Positions 10,885 through 23,190 of a DNA stretch of 64,000 nt are shown here, piece by piece. The stretch covers positions 35,836,001 to 35,900,000 of the forward strand of contig OX597836.1 in NCBI GenBank assembly GCA_951406725.2. The letters run 5' to 3'. Under the pieces are notes generated by a model. The model searched no databases and was not told the origin of the DNA. It worked only from the letters and a program-made list of their open reading frames with translations. The stretch comes from Octopus vulgaris. Taxonomy: Eukaryota. The translations under genes and the position numbers were made by a program. Every line of letters starts with the position of its first letter. Within the stretch, counting starts at the first letter, position 1.

Positions 10885-13102
10885 TTATGTACAACATAAC
10901 TGTGACTTTATTTTCTGAATATAAGAAAAGAATTTGAGAAAATTTCACTGCAGAGTAAATATGCTGAGCTCAGAGTGATTGTGAATCGTGAACATATAAA
11001 CGATAGCTACATCAGCTATATAATGGATTTTTTGTGAGAGTGACTGAAATATGAAGCGTTTTAATAAATGATGTTTAATCTTTGCCTTCAGAAAATTTCA
11101 ATTATGTGCAGAGGTAAGAAATCGAATGCGTAGAGTCGAAAAGACAGTTACAATTGTGAACATGTATTTATTTAGGCATTGGTTTAAATCATTGGGCTAC
11201 ACCACGATGCTCAAGATATGGATAGACTATGAGGATAGGAAAAACCAAGTAGCAACATGATAGATGTTTGCGCACAATAGAAGCAACGTGCACAACAGAT
11301 ACAATTGCTTGAGCTTCGAGCTGCAAAAATAACAAATAGATTAAAAGGATTCATTTGAAGCTGTAATGAAAATATCTTTTTTTTTATTAAAACGCCAATG
11401 TATTTTTATAAATGTGTTTTAGAAAATAAATGCAACAAAACGCTATAACTATATTCTATATTGTTGTGCGTAGAAGTTAAATTGAATAGAAAAATATGAT
11501 TAGACATCCGCATAATTTTCGTTAACGTATGTATATGGATCAACAGATAAAGAATTCCTTGAAACTCGCTTGCGCAGATTCAGTTAACTATAAAATGCAA
11601 CGCTTAACATTGTAAATATTTTATAAAATGCTTCCCATAAATCCAAATATAGATTATTCTGCATAAACAGCCAGTCAATTAACCCGAAAACAAAACTATG
11701 AGTTTACTTTGGAATGTTTTCCTAGGGTTAAATATTATTTCTAATAACGAGCAAACTTTTAAGGTTCTTTCCCCGTATGACAATGAGAATTTAACAAGAC
11801 TTGATTTACAGGCATGTTTTTCCATATGATGCCTTAGGATAGAATGAAGAATAGCAAAATCAATCCAAAAGATATATCTGTAGGCACAATTCTTCAAAGA
11901 ATATAGAAATAATCATTTTGTGAAAAAAATTGTCTTTCATATATCTAATAGATTTTATCTTTTCTGCATTAACATTATATTATATTTAAAAAAACATGTT
12001 CTTATTTTAATATTCTGAACGACAAATGTGTCCAACCAATATATAGCTTTGTCTATCACGGATAAATGAAATTCAATGATAATTCTAAAAATTTGTAAAG
12101 TAAGAAATCCCATATTTTTCTCCTAAGATAAAATTAAGTTGCTAAGAACTTCATCTATAATTGGTAAATAATAACGACAAAATATAACAACAAGTGTATG
12201 AGATAAATAGCTAGTAATTTTATATTCAGAGTTATCAATCGATAAAATCTTTCTACACATGGTCAGATGGCGAAGATACAATGAAACGCAACACCTCATA
12301 ATTTTATGCTGTGCTCAACTAATAAATCTAAATTTCCTAAATCGCATCTCCAACTCTTATACACTTTCCATGAAATTTAGACCATATTTAAAAATTATTT
12401 TTAATCATAACAGTTCTAAATTAATTAATTGCAAGCAAACTCCTACGTGATTGTTGATATAATATTCTATGAAAATATTCGAACTTCATATTTTATATTA
12501 ACTGAATACACTCTGATGTGTTGAAGTTTTCTCCAGATCCTTTCGTTTATATGCATCTCAAATCTGAATTTAACGAGTATAAAGTAACCAGTAACTACAC
12601 CGAACTTTCGAACGACGCAGATGTTTACACTCGAGTTCAAATCATAATTGTTTAAGTGAATTTAATAGTCTTTTGTGTTTTAGAATTGCTAACATATCTT
12701 CACTGTTGCAGACATATTTACATTGTGGCTTTCAATTAAGCATTGTGGTTCAAATACTAATGACTTATATTGGTATTAATTCTTCGTTATTATCTTGTAA
12801 TTATACCCTGTTTCCACAAAAACAGTAACTCATTGTAGTCTTTGAACTTTAATTTTACCTTTAAAGAAATTAAATATTTTGCTTGACACGTATCGTTATA
12901 TTACCATTAATTTCACACAGTTTGATTATACGTTAATAAATACATTAATTTGAAATAAAACTTCGACTTCAAAAACATTTCAGATTAATTTAATAAGAGT
13001 TCTTTGGCAATTAAATCCCATGAAAGAATATATTTCATTTGACATAGTAATTTGTTTTCTATAAACTATGGTCATCATCATCATCACTATTATTCTTGCT
13101 GA

Positions 13103-13760
13103 AGGCGGCGAGCTGGCAGAAACATTAGCACGCCGGGCGAAATGCGTAGCCGTATTTCATCTGCCGGTACGTTCCGAGTTCAAATTCCGCCGAGGTCGAC
13201 TTTGCCTTTCATCCTTTCGGGGTCGATTAATTAAGTACCAGTTACGCACTGGGATCGATGTAATCGACTTAATCCGTCTGTCTGTCCTTGTTCGTCTCCT
13301 CTGTGTTTAGCCCCTTGTGGGTAGTAAAGAAATAGGTATTTCGTCTGCCGCTACGTTCTGAGTTCAAAATCCGCCGAGGTCGACTTTACCTTTCATCCTT
13401 TCGGGGGCAATTAAATAAGTGCCAATTATGCACTGGGGTCGATATAATCGAATTCATCCGTTTGTCTGTCCTTGTTTGTCCCCTCTGTGTTTAGCCCCCT
13501 GTGTGTAGTAAAGAAATAGGTATTTCGCCTCTCCTAAAATATCGGGCCTTGTGCCTGTAGTAGAACGGTTTATTATTCTTGTTATTCAGGCAGCAATCTG
13601 GCAGATTCGACAGACAAAATGCTTAACTCATTTCGTCTGTCTTTATGCTCTGAGTTCCAATTCCACCAATATCGACGATTCCTTTCACCCTTTCGGGGTT
13701 GATAATATAAGGAATCAGTTAAACATCGTGGTTCATGTAATTGACTAGCTGCCTCCCACA
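13103..13760 (+). mobile_element. tRNA-derived SINE family C with an internal tandem repeat and a degenerate copy
   Basis: Head ggcggcgagctggcagaaacattagc...gagttcaaattcc; the body repeats from about 13336; a further diverged copy starts at about 13588. Confidence 0.9.
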
Positions 13761-13943
13761 AGTTTTTAGGCCTTGTATTAGCAAGGACTATATTAACAAG
13801 GATCACTTGTATTATCATTTTATTCAGCTGACAGAATCTTTAGCATACGACACAAGACTATTATCGGCATTCCATTTGTCTCTGCGCTCTAAGTTCAAAT
13901 GCTGCCGAGATTAATTTAGCCTTTCATTATTTTTGGATATATA

Positions 13944-14106
13944 GGCGCAGGAGTGGCTGTGTCGTAAGTAGCTTGCTTACCAACCACATGGTTCCGGGTT
14001 CAGTCCCTCTGCGTGGCATCTTGGGCAAGTGTCTCCTGCTATAGTCTCGGGTCGACCAATGCCTTGTGAGTGGATTTGGTAGACGGAAACTGAAAGTAGA
14101 CCGTCG

Positions 14107-14139
<33 letters not shown>

Positions 14140-14336
14140 GTGTGCATATGTTTGTGTGTCTGTGTTTGTCCCCCCACCATCGCTTGACAAGCGATGCTGG
14201 TTCGGCAAAAAGAGACCGATAGAATAAGTACTGGGCTTACAAAGAATAAGTCCTGGGGTCGATTTGCTCGACTAAAGGTGGTGCTCCAGCATGGCCGCAG
14301 TCAAATGACTGAAACAAGTAAAAGAGTAAAGAGTAT
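13944..14336 (+). mobile_element. Full-length tRNA-derived SINE family A
   Basis: Head ggcgcaggagtggctgtgtcgtaag...ccgggttcagtccc, internal (TA)n, tail gctccagcatggccgcagtcaaatgactgaaacaagtaaaagagt. Confidence 0.92.
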
Positions 14337-14974
14337 ACCAATCAGGTACTGAAGTGGATTTTATCGGCTTCCCTCTCCTCAAGAACTGCTGGCCCTGTGC
14401 CAAAATTTGAAAGTATTAATATCAATATTGTTGTGGCTTTTTCGATATAGATAATTTCTCCGTCGACAATAAATTCAAATTATTGGAACTCGGTGAATTT
14501 TATGATATATGAATTAAGCTGGATTTGTTTAATTGTATTACTTCTAAGCACTACATTGATACGCATATTAATGAGTCAGCCAGTGGCTTCACTTTGATCT
14601 GGAGATCTAATATAATTGCTTTATATTAGAAATGCCAAACTGTATTAGCGGCGTGGGAATAATACCGACTCGCGCCTACTGATTTCAGTTTGCAGTTTAT
14701 GTGATGGTATACCGACAGCAATACGCCTGGACGTTGACTGCAGTATCAATGCAGCATTGTATCACTGCAGCATTGTATCAGTGAATTAGATAGTTTGGTG
14801 ATTCGGAAAGTCACTACATAGACACATATTTAATAAAGTTTCACCACTAATAAAGTGCTTCTTTTGTATGAATATTGCTTGTATCGGTTTACAAGAAGGG
14901 TTTTATCTGCCTACGTTCTCGACTGGACATTTAATAATATTACAGCAATAGAGATCAAGATCATTCTAGAAATA

Positions 14975-15425
14975 CAGGGTGGTCCAAAAGTAGGTTTACA
15001 GTTATTCAACTATCTCTTTCGCATTCATATATTAACAGTTTAGATCTTAATTATAAAAGTAATATGAAAGCATTTGTTGTATTTAGGAATGGTCATTTTG
15101 CCAGTTTAGCCAATAAAAACACATATTTGGTGTTACTTTGCTTCAGCGTTATTCATTTTTCACATTAATCTTAATCTTATTTCGGCTAGAGTTCTTTCGT
15201 CACACTCCTGTTACCTCATCAGTGGTCCTTTGCTTTCTTCTTTGTTATTTGTGTGTCTCTCCTTACTAACGGTCAGCCATTTTGTATTATTCTATAATAA
15301 TTTAGTTAATTTTGTCAAGCTCTCTTTACAGTTTGTAAGATAGAATTTTAAATGTCAAAAATTATTTTAAAAGAAATTTAAATTGCCTACGTGATAACTG
15401 TAAACCGTATTTTGGGGCCACCCTG
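14975..15425. mobile_element. Tc1-type MITE containing a nested Penelope-like pLTR fragment
   Basis: TA|cagggtggtccaaaagtaggtttacagtta ... taactgtaaaccgtattttggggccaccctg|TA. About 15075-15295 matches 28668-28895. Confidence 0.85.
15184..15228 (-). ncRNA. Minimal hammerhead ribozyme motif
   Basis: RC: GGACCA CTGATGA G GTAAC aggagt GTGAC GAAA GAAC TC TAGCC. The core is intact; stems I and II are imperfect. Confidence 0.6.
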
Positions 15426-16129
15426 TATACATGGGCCGAACGTTATAATAGAAAGACTCGATTTGATCGTTTGTTTTTCTTCTTTACATGATGGTGCAAT
15501 TAGACATGTTACCAGTTGTTGTTCGGCTAAAGAAAATATAATCAATTCACTTATTAGCCCCCAAGGACAGTAGTTTTACACCTCACTTATCTGTCAGAAA
15601 TATGACCGGAGTGTTAGCATGTTGTTGCATGTCAACTTTACGGCAACTAATGCACCAACCAGCGGCTGACTATTTGTTTCTGTATGTTAGATATAAAGCT
15701 TGTACTTCTCCCGTTTCTTTAACTCGTATCGAGACACCTTGTGCAAGTGGAATTAATACTGAAATATATAAACGGATGTTATTACAGCTTTTTTTCACCA
15801 TCTGTAATAATCAAATCCATATTTCACTTAGAATTTTTTCCAGCCAATCCTAGCATGATTTACGTACTTAGCTGACGAATACGCAAAATAAATCAATTTT
15901 GAAAATCTTCGTAAAAAAACATTAATATTCTCTTTTTTCATCTCATTCTATGAAGAACAATAATTAATGTAGAGAACTCCTCCGTTCATTAATGGCCATG
16001 AAATTGAAACTACAAAGTTCACGTCCGTGGCACAAGTCCAGTTAAGCTTGATTATGGAAGACCAGCAGTCGCTCACGCATATGTTATCCAAGAGGAAAGG
16101 CAAATGCCAATACAGCTTGGCGCCAGTGA

Positions 16130-16472
16130 CGTCGCAACTAATTTCTTCAAAGACTCCGCCGGTTACGACGACGAGGGTCCCAGCTGATACGATCAACGGA
16201 ACAGCTTGCTCGTGAAATTAACGTGCAAATGGCTGAGCATTCCACAGACACGTGTACCCATAACGTAGTTCTCGGGGATAATCAGCGTGACACAGAGAGT
16301 GACAAGGCTGACCCTTTGAAATACAAGTACAACTCATTTTTGCCAGCTGAGTGGACTGGAGCAACGTGAAATAAAGTGTCTTGCTCAAGGACACAACGCG
16401 TCGCCGGGAATCGAACTCACAACCTTGCGATCATGAGCCGAATGCCCTAACCACTAAGCCACGCGCCCTCAC
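16130..16472 (-). mobile_element. SINE family B variant with a distinct (possibly RTE-type) tail
   Basis: Head shared with the 10633 copy. The tail gttacgacgacgagggt...aacggaacagc is shared with 53462-53725. Confidence 0.8.
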
Positions 16473-17655
16473 CAACTAATTTCTACAATGAAGAGAAATG
16501 GAGCAACGTGAAATAAAGTGTCTTGCACAAGAACACAACAAACAGCCCTCCCCAGAAATCGAAATCACTACCTCATAATTGTGAGCCTGACGCTCTAACC
16601 ACTGAGCTATGCGCCATGCAATTTTCTATAACATTTTTTTTTGCTAGCGTTTTTATGTATCTTACTTTTTTTCATCATAACATGCTCACTTCTCTATATA
16701 TGACTCAGCTCTGCATTTTGTTAAAAATTACTTCGTGCTAAAATAACTTCATATATTGTTTATATAAATGTCAAGCGCTATATGTTTACATGGGAAAATG
16801 CGAGCAAGAGAAATATCCTTAAGATTATAAACCTGGAAAATTTAAAGGACAAGTTATTACACCTGGAAAAGTTCAGAACAACTTATTACGTGGGGTAAAG
16901 TTCAGAGCAAGAAAATTTTTACTTAAAACATTGCAGCTAAGGATAAAATTCTTAATAAAATATTTAGATTTAGAAAATATTAGCTTTTATTACATTAAGA
17001 ATTTTATTACAAGTTATTACTTATATTTGTTATTACTTGTTACTTCTATTAAAAATTAAAATTAACTCAAAATAATTTTTGCACTTAAAAAAATTCATTG
17101 TTTTAACTATGTAATTAAAAATTTGAAAATAGGTTATAAAAAATATAAGGAATGCATAATTACTTAGTACAATAAGTATAATAATACAAAATTAGTTATA
17201 TATTACAGTAAAATCTACCTATGACAAATTCACAGTAAAATTTGCTTGAGTTATTTCCTCAGTGATTGCCAAGTCTTCACATTTTTAGTTTTGACCCAAT
17301 GCATATTTTCTTCAAAATGAATCTCCCTGCTGTCTATACTTCAGCTATATTGCTTCTGGCTCTCATTTTTTAAGTATTCTAGTGTATCAATATTTTAACA
17401 ACATGATGGTACCTTTTTTAATAATTATGTTACTTTGTATATAAAAATCAAATAATTTTTAGTATTCAAATTGTATCCTTAGCTGCAATATTTTAAGTAA
17501 AAATGTTCTTGTTCTATACTTTATATATATACATATATACATATATATATATATCAATAATAATAAAGGGTAAAATTAATTAATTAACTAGTAATCAATA
17601 ATTCCACCAAGTAGAATTCGGCATGAAAAAGGACCATTTTTCGGTAAACTTAAAC

Positions 17656-17815
17656 AATATTTTATAATTATGAGTATAATTATAATTAGGGTTCAGCAAA
17701 GATTTACTTTCTTTACCAGATACCGAAATTTGGCTGCTATTTTTAAACTTCAGTATGTGGTAAAGCAAATCTTTGCTGAACCCTAATTATAATTATACTC
17801 GTTATTATAAAATAT

Positions 17816-17816
<1 letters not shown>
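17656..17816. repeat. Foldback inverted repeat (~65-bp arms) in a TA-flanked cassette
   Basis: aatattttataattatgagtataattataattagggttcagcaaagattt / aaatctttgctgaaccctaattataattatactcgttattataaaatatt. Confidence 0.9.
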
Positions 17817-17863
<47 letters not shown>

Positions 17864-17905
17864 CTTGTTTCAGTCATATTGACTGCGGCCATGCTGGAGC
17901 ACCGC

Positions 17906-17979
<74 letters not shown>

Positions 17980-18497
17980 CAACAGGCTTTTTTTCAGTTT
18001 CCGTCTAGCAAAGCAATTCAGAAAGCTTTGTTCGGTCCTGAGGCTATGGCAGAAGACAGTAACCAAGAGCGCTACGCAATGGAAATGACTATAATTACTA
18101 ACACTATTTGTGTTTCTTCCTCACTGCATAATCATCTCTAACGTTAAATTTCTAAAATCAATCTTTGGGTTTCCTTTTTCCAGTTTCCTTTTTCTAGTTA
18201 CTTCTTTGCATGTTAAAAATATGACCTGCAAATTTTTCATCTGATATGATGAATATAATCTGTTAAGTGGAATGAATAAAAGAAAAAGTCGTGATAGTCA
18301 CGGATGGTTTCTTCATTATTAATAACAGATTCAAGTGAGGAATAATTCATAGTTAACACAGCCTAAATCCATAGATTTCCCTTTATCGGTTTATTGGTTT
18401 CTAATTTTCGCACAAGGCTCACAAGTTCTCGCCGAAACAGTACTGATGGAGGTGTTCATGTAGTGCCTTCGTGCACATACACACACACACGTTCACG

Positions 18498-18542
<45 letters not shown>

Positions 18543-18849
18543 GATATATACATATTTACAGACATTTTGTTGGATGGCCGTTGACTGTTCAGGAGTTCAT
18601 CCGCCCTTTGACAGGTCTTATTTTTCATCCCGCAGATGTCCAACAACACTCTTCTCACCAAGCAAGCTTGGTGGGGTTGCCAGATTAGTCGCCGACGACC
18701 CGACCATGTGACAGGTTGTACTTGATTTTGTTTTTTTATATGTGTTTATATGTATATATATGTATAGTTGCCCGCATTTAGTTAGAACATTTAAATACCA
18801 AATGTAGTGTCTGAGACTCAATGAGGTTTTCGTTCCTCCAGAGGCACAG

Positions 18850-19380
18850 TTGATTGTATCTTTATTGCCAGACAATTACAAAGAAACGCGCATTGAACAG
18901 AATCTTGCTCTATACTATTGCTTTGTTGATTTGAGTAAAGCATTCGATACTGTTAATCGAAATGCTATGTGGCTAATTCTAAGGAAAATAGGTTGCCCAG
19001 AAAAGTTTGTAAACATGGTCAGGGCTTTGCATCAAGTTATGAAAGCTAGAGCTAAGTTTGGTGGTAGGCTCTCTGAATCTTTTGCCGTGGATAATAGAGT
19101 AAAGAAAGGAGACCTTGATACACCCACCCTTTTTGCAATATACTGTGCTTTTCAAAACGCCGAGGAGGGTATTTACATAAAATATCGAACAACAGTGAAT
19201 GTTTTTAATTTGACCAGACTGAAATCCCAAACGAAGATTTTTACTTCACTCATTAGGGAACTTTTGTATGCTGACGATTGCGATGTTGTCAGTAATTCTG
19301 AAACAGGAATGCAATCTATTGTATCTGCATTTGACTCGGCTTGTGATGATTTTGGCTTGACCATCAACTTGAAAAAATAG
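18850..19380 (+). pseudogene. RTE-clade LINE reverse transcriptase fragment
   Basis: FVDLSKAFDTVNR..W.IL.KIGCPEKFV..VKKG..PTLFAIY..ELLYADD..FGLTINLKK; truncated. Confidence 0.92.
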
Positions 19381-19499
19381 GACACGCCAGGAATGAACTT
19401 GCACGCATCCAGAGAAAGTGCAGCAGGAAAGCGGACAAGGTGACTCACACTACACACTTCCTAGAAATATTGATAACCAAGAGTTACCCTATATCCATT

Positions 19500-20000
19500 G
19501 TGAATTAGCTTAAGTACTCAAGACGACCAACACGCCGAACACACATAAAACCTAGCAGCACATGCTTCCTTAAAATATCCCATCTTAGCGAGAGGGTAAG
19601 TACAGCCATCGGAAGAGCCATAAGAAGAGAAGGATTAGCTCATTCCGGCCGTCTCTGATAAGACACCTCGAAAAGAAACGAGCAAGGGATAGCAATCAAT
19701 GCACACTAGCCAGCTATCCCATCTGTGAAACAGATTTATGCCAACGGGTAAATATTGTATATAGAATACAATGTAACAAATGCAACAAGTTCTATGTGTG
19801 TAGCACAACGAGACCGTTACACGTTGCTTCAAAGAACGCCCGAACACGAGAGCCTCCTCCTACAAAAATCATCTAGACAGATGCCGGAACACTGACAAAA
19901 GCACAACAGTCAAAATTGATGCCAATGAAAGAAATTTGGGTAATCTAAGAATTAAGGAAGCTATCCTCATAGCCAGACTATGGCCCCAAATTAAAACAGG
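19500..20000 (+). pseudogene. Penelope-like element linker + GIY-YIG endonuclease remnant
   Basis: Frameshifted LKISHLSERVSTAIGRAIRREGL..., C-NK-C-NKFYVCSTTRPLHV..KE, and NLRIKEAILIARLWPQIK (GIY-YIG C-terminal E...I...P.IN motif). Confidence 0.75.
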
Positions 20001-20199
20001 CTGGAGGTTGGCAGTCAATATATTATTTAGCTATATCTGGATTCGTGCAGATTCATTTTTGTTAGCATGCTCATGTATTATTTATATATGAAAAAAAGAA
20101 AGAAGCAAAAAACAGGAAACTGCACGTATAACACATAATGTTGAAGCAACGCTACGGATGTGCCAGCACACACGAGCTTGAAACATGGCCGGCGTCACG

Positions 20200-20281
20200 C
20201 AGTTCTCATGAAGAATTCCGGAAGGGGCTTCGTGAGATCACTGCAGAGACGCTTCCGGAAAAAGAGTCCGTTGAAAAACTG
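20200..20281 (+). ncRNA. Degenerate hammerhead-like motif downstream of the Penelope endonuclease
   Basis: cagttctc ATGAAGA a TTCCGGAAG..CTTCCGGAA aaa gagtc cgttgaaaaactg. It has a 9-bp stem II and outer cagtt/aactg pairing, but a damaged core. Confidence 0.45.
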
Positions 20282-22119
20282 ATTATAGCAGTGATTAGGG
20301 ATATCTGAAAGAGGAATTTTTATATTTCGAAATATTATATCAGCCTATGGATGATTAAACTACAACAGTTATTATAGTCCATTGTTATTATTATAGTGCA
20401 TTGTTATTATTATAGTGCATTGTGTCATTCAAAACACATTGTATTTTCAAGTATATATATATAAAATACCCAATAAGTACAAGACGTCACCCACAAGTGA
20501 AAAATGCGTAAATACATGAGTGATTAGTAGGGGATAAAATACCGAAACATACACAATAAATACAGGACATCAACAACGAATGAAAATATATAGACACACA
20601 AGAGATAGATACGGCAAAAAGTACCAAAGAAGTTAACTCGCTCGTCATTTGTCGACTGTTTTTCTACTCCATATTTGGTACATTTAATGACAAGATGATA
20701 AACCTTCATAAGGCAGCAGCGTCGAGAGAGTTAGAGCTTGGGAGCAATTTTTAAAGGAAATAGTATAAATAGAAGAGAAGAATATAGTAGAAGAGAAAAC
20801 ATGTCGGGAGGCGAGAGAAATGACGTCCAGCCTGAAAACCCTCTTGTCCGTTTTCGACTTGGTAACACTGCAACTTATATTTGACTAGCAGGGTACTCAG
20901 AAGAAATATTGATAAATATTCTCTCTGAATCATCCAGTCTATTATTTAGCAGCGTGATATTGACGTTTTACATAATATTATATTTGCAAATCCAATTTGT
21001 TGAACAACATTGGCAAATGTAATGAAATATTGTTGAAAACATTGAATTAGTAACTTTCAACATGAAATTCACATCCTTCAGTCTTATCTTCGGCTTCAAA
21101 AGTGGACTTTGAAGCTTCGAATCATAACCAATTTACGATCAAATCGCATCCGTGTTACTTATAGGAGGTTGAAAGTAATTACTGTTGTACTATCTGGAAT
21201 ACACCAAGTCTGAAAATGAGGGAGGATAGTCATGGTTAGAACGCGTCCTATCATATGTATGCGTCATCTGGAGCGACACGTAGTGAAACGCCAAGAACAA
21301 CGCAAACAGTACAAGAAAAAGTTGATAAATAAAATATGTTTTTTGCGCCCACGTTGTCTCGGCATACACCATCAAATAATTGAAGGAAAAAGAAAATATT
21401 TTCTAAAACACAAACGAAAAATAAAACATGTTTTCTTTTTCTTCCAGTCTTTCATTTGAAATCTTCGAATTTCCTTCGGGTCTGGAAAATTTGTTAAAGA
21501 TATTTTTCGATAAATTATCCTCAATAGAGAATTAGGAACATTATTCAGAAACTTATGATTTGTGCAATATGAATGTTATCACGAGAATGATGATTGTAAT
21601 TTTGATTTTATTTCCCGATATCTACTGGCACCAATTTGTCTGATCCTATAAAACTATTTCTTGAAATATTGGTGCAATAGAATCTTTTGATTCAAGAGGA
21701 AGCGAAGTATTAATCATGAATCGTGTTTCCATAAAACAGGCCAATACAAGCTTACAATATCTTTTATTTAGAAACATGAATAATAATTTACTTTGATGCA
21801 TTAACCGAAACAAGTCCATAGGAAATATATTATAATGCATAACCTTTATAAGATTAAAGAATTCTAAGAGTCTGTCGATTTGTTATTCTACCTAGCGCCG
21901 GAATTATAGAATACGATTAACGAGACAACATGGGAGCCTCTATGTGGTCAATACACATGCCGGAAATAACATCGAAATTTCCTCAATATTATGTTCAACT
22001 ATCTTTTCAAAAAGACAGTGTGGTAGTTACAAATATATGCATTTCGTCAAGTTTATAATAATGTGTTGGCGATATGATAGAAAACAATAGTAATCGCTTA
22101 AATTAACATCTGGTTTAAT

Positions 22120-22355
22120 ACCTATTTCTTTACTATCCACAAGGGGCTAAACACAGAGAGGACAAGCAAGGACAGACAAACGGATTAAGTCAATTATATC
22201 GACCCAAGTGCGTAACTAGTTCTTACTTAATCGACCCCGAAATGATGAAAGGCAAAGTCGACCTCGGTGGAATTTGAACTCAGAACGTAGCGACAGACGA
22301 AATACTGCTGAGCATTTCACCCGGCGTGCTAACGATTCTGCCAGCTCGCCGCCTT
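22120..22355 (-). mobile_element. SINE family C
   Basis: Reverse complement of the 13103 family. Other copies or fragments lie at about 23700-23840, 24025-24350, 26398-26540, 27950-28045, 48740-48975, 56148-56340, 58310-58543, 61590-61820 and 62170-62400. Confidence 0.9.
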
Positions 22356-22666
22356 AATACCAGCATCTGAAAAAAATAGTCCTGCTTTCTCATAAGAACA
22401 AACAAATCAATACAAGATCTCATTAAGACTATAAAAGGATTGCTATAATTCGTATTTTACTGCAATAAATGATATTTACCTGCCTACAGCTAGAGCGATA
22501 GTGAGTGACGAAATGTATGTATCGAAATGCTAATATTTATATATGTATCAGTTATTGATAAGCTACAGATATATTGCTAATAGCGATATCAACTGAGAAA
22601 TATCATAATACAGATATTTATATCACCAAATCCAAATCAGAAAATATAATATGCGATAGGAACATA

Positions 22667-23190
22667 TAGGTTTTGGACAAAATAATGGAAACACGTAGCA
22701 TCATAGCATCATCATTTTGAAATATCTATAAAACCGCTCAAAGCTTGTTTATTTTTATGTTTCTTGGTTTATTATTAGTGATGCTTAATGAGTTTTGCTA
22801 AAAATGCTGTTTCTTTTCAGATATCCCCAGAAAAAGGTAATTAAAATTCATTAAAATGACAGATCTATCGGACTTTCAAAGAGATAAAATTGTTGGTGCT
22901 CTTATGGCAGGCACTAGCGTAACGAAAACAGCCAAAATATTTGGTGTATCAAGAAATACTGTCTCCAACGTAATGACAGCCTTTGAGAAAGAGGGAAAAA
23001 ACCTCCTCGTCGAAACAAAACACCAGAAGAAAACCAACACTTTCAGATAAGAACCGTCGAACTCTTACGTGAATTGTTAGAAAGGATCACGAAAGTAGAG
23101 CTCCAAAAATTCCTACAGACCTTAATGTCCACCTCTAGAACCAAGTTTCCACAAAAACTGTTCGCCGGGAGCTGCACAAAAACGGATTCC
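22667..23190 (+). mobile_element. 5' part of a Tc1-like transposon (TIR + transposase N-terminal HTH, frameshifted)
   Basis: Putative TIR ggttttggacaaaataatggaaacac; MTDLSDFQRDKIVGALMAGTSVTKTAKIFGVSRNTVS; later VSTKTVRRELHK in another frame. Confidence 0.85.

Noticed and set aside
13103-13200. tRNA-like A and B boxes
   Set aside because: These are SINE heads, with no cloverleaf and continuing into the SINE body, so they are not tRNA genes.
20700-21400. Possible host promoter or exon (TGACGT, locally higher CpG)
   Set aside because: No ORF homology or splice structure could be recognised, and such short motifs are expected by chance.
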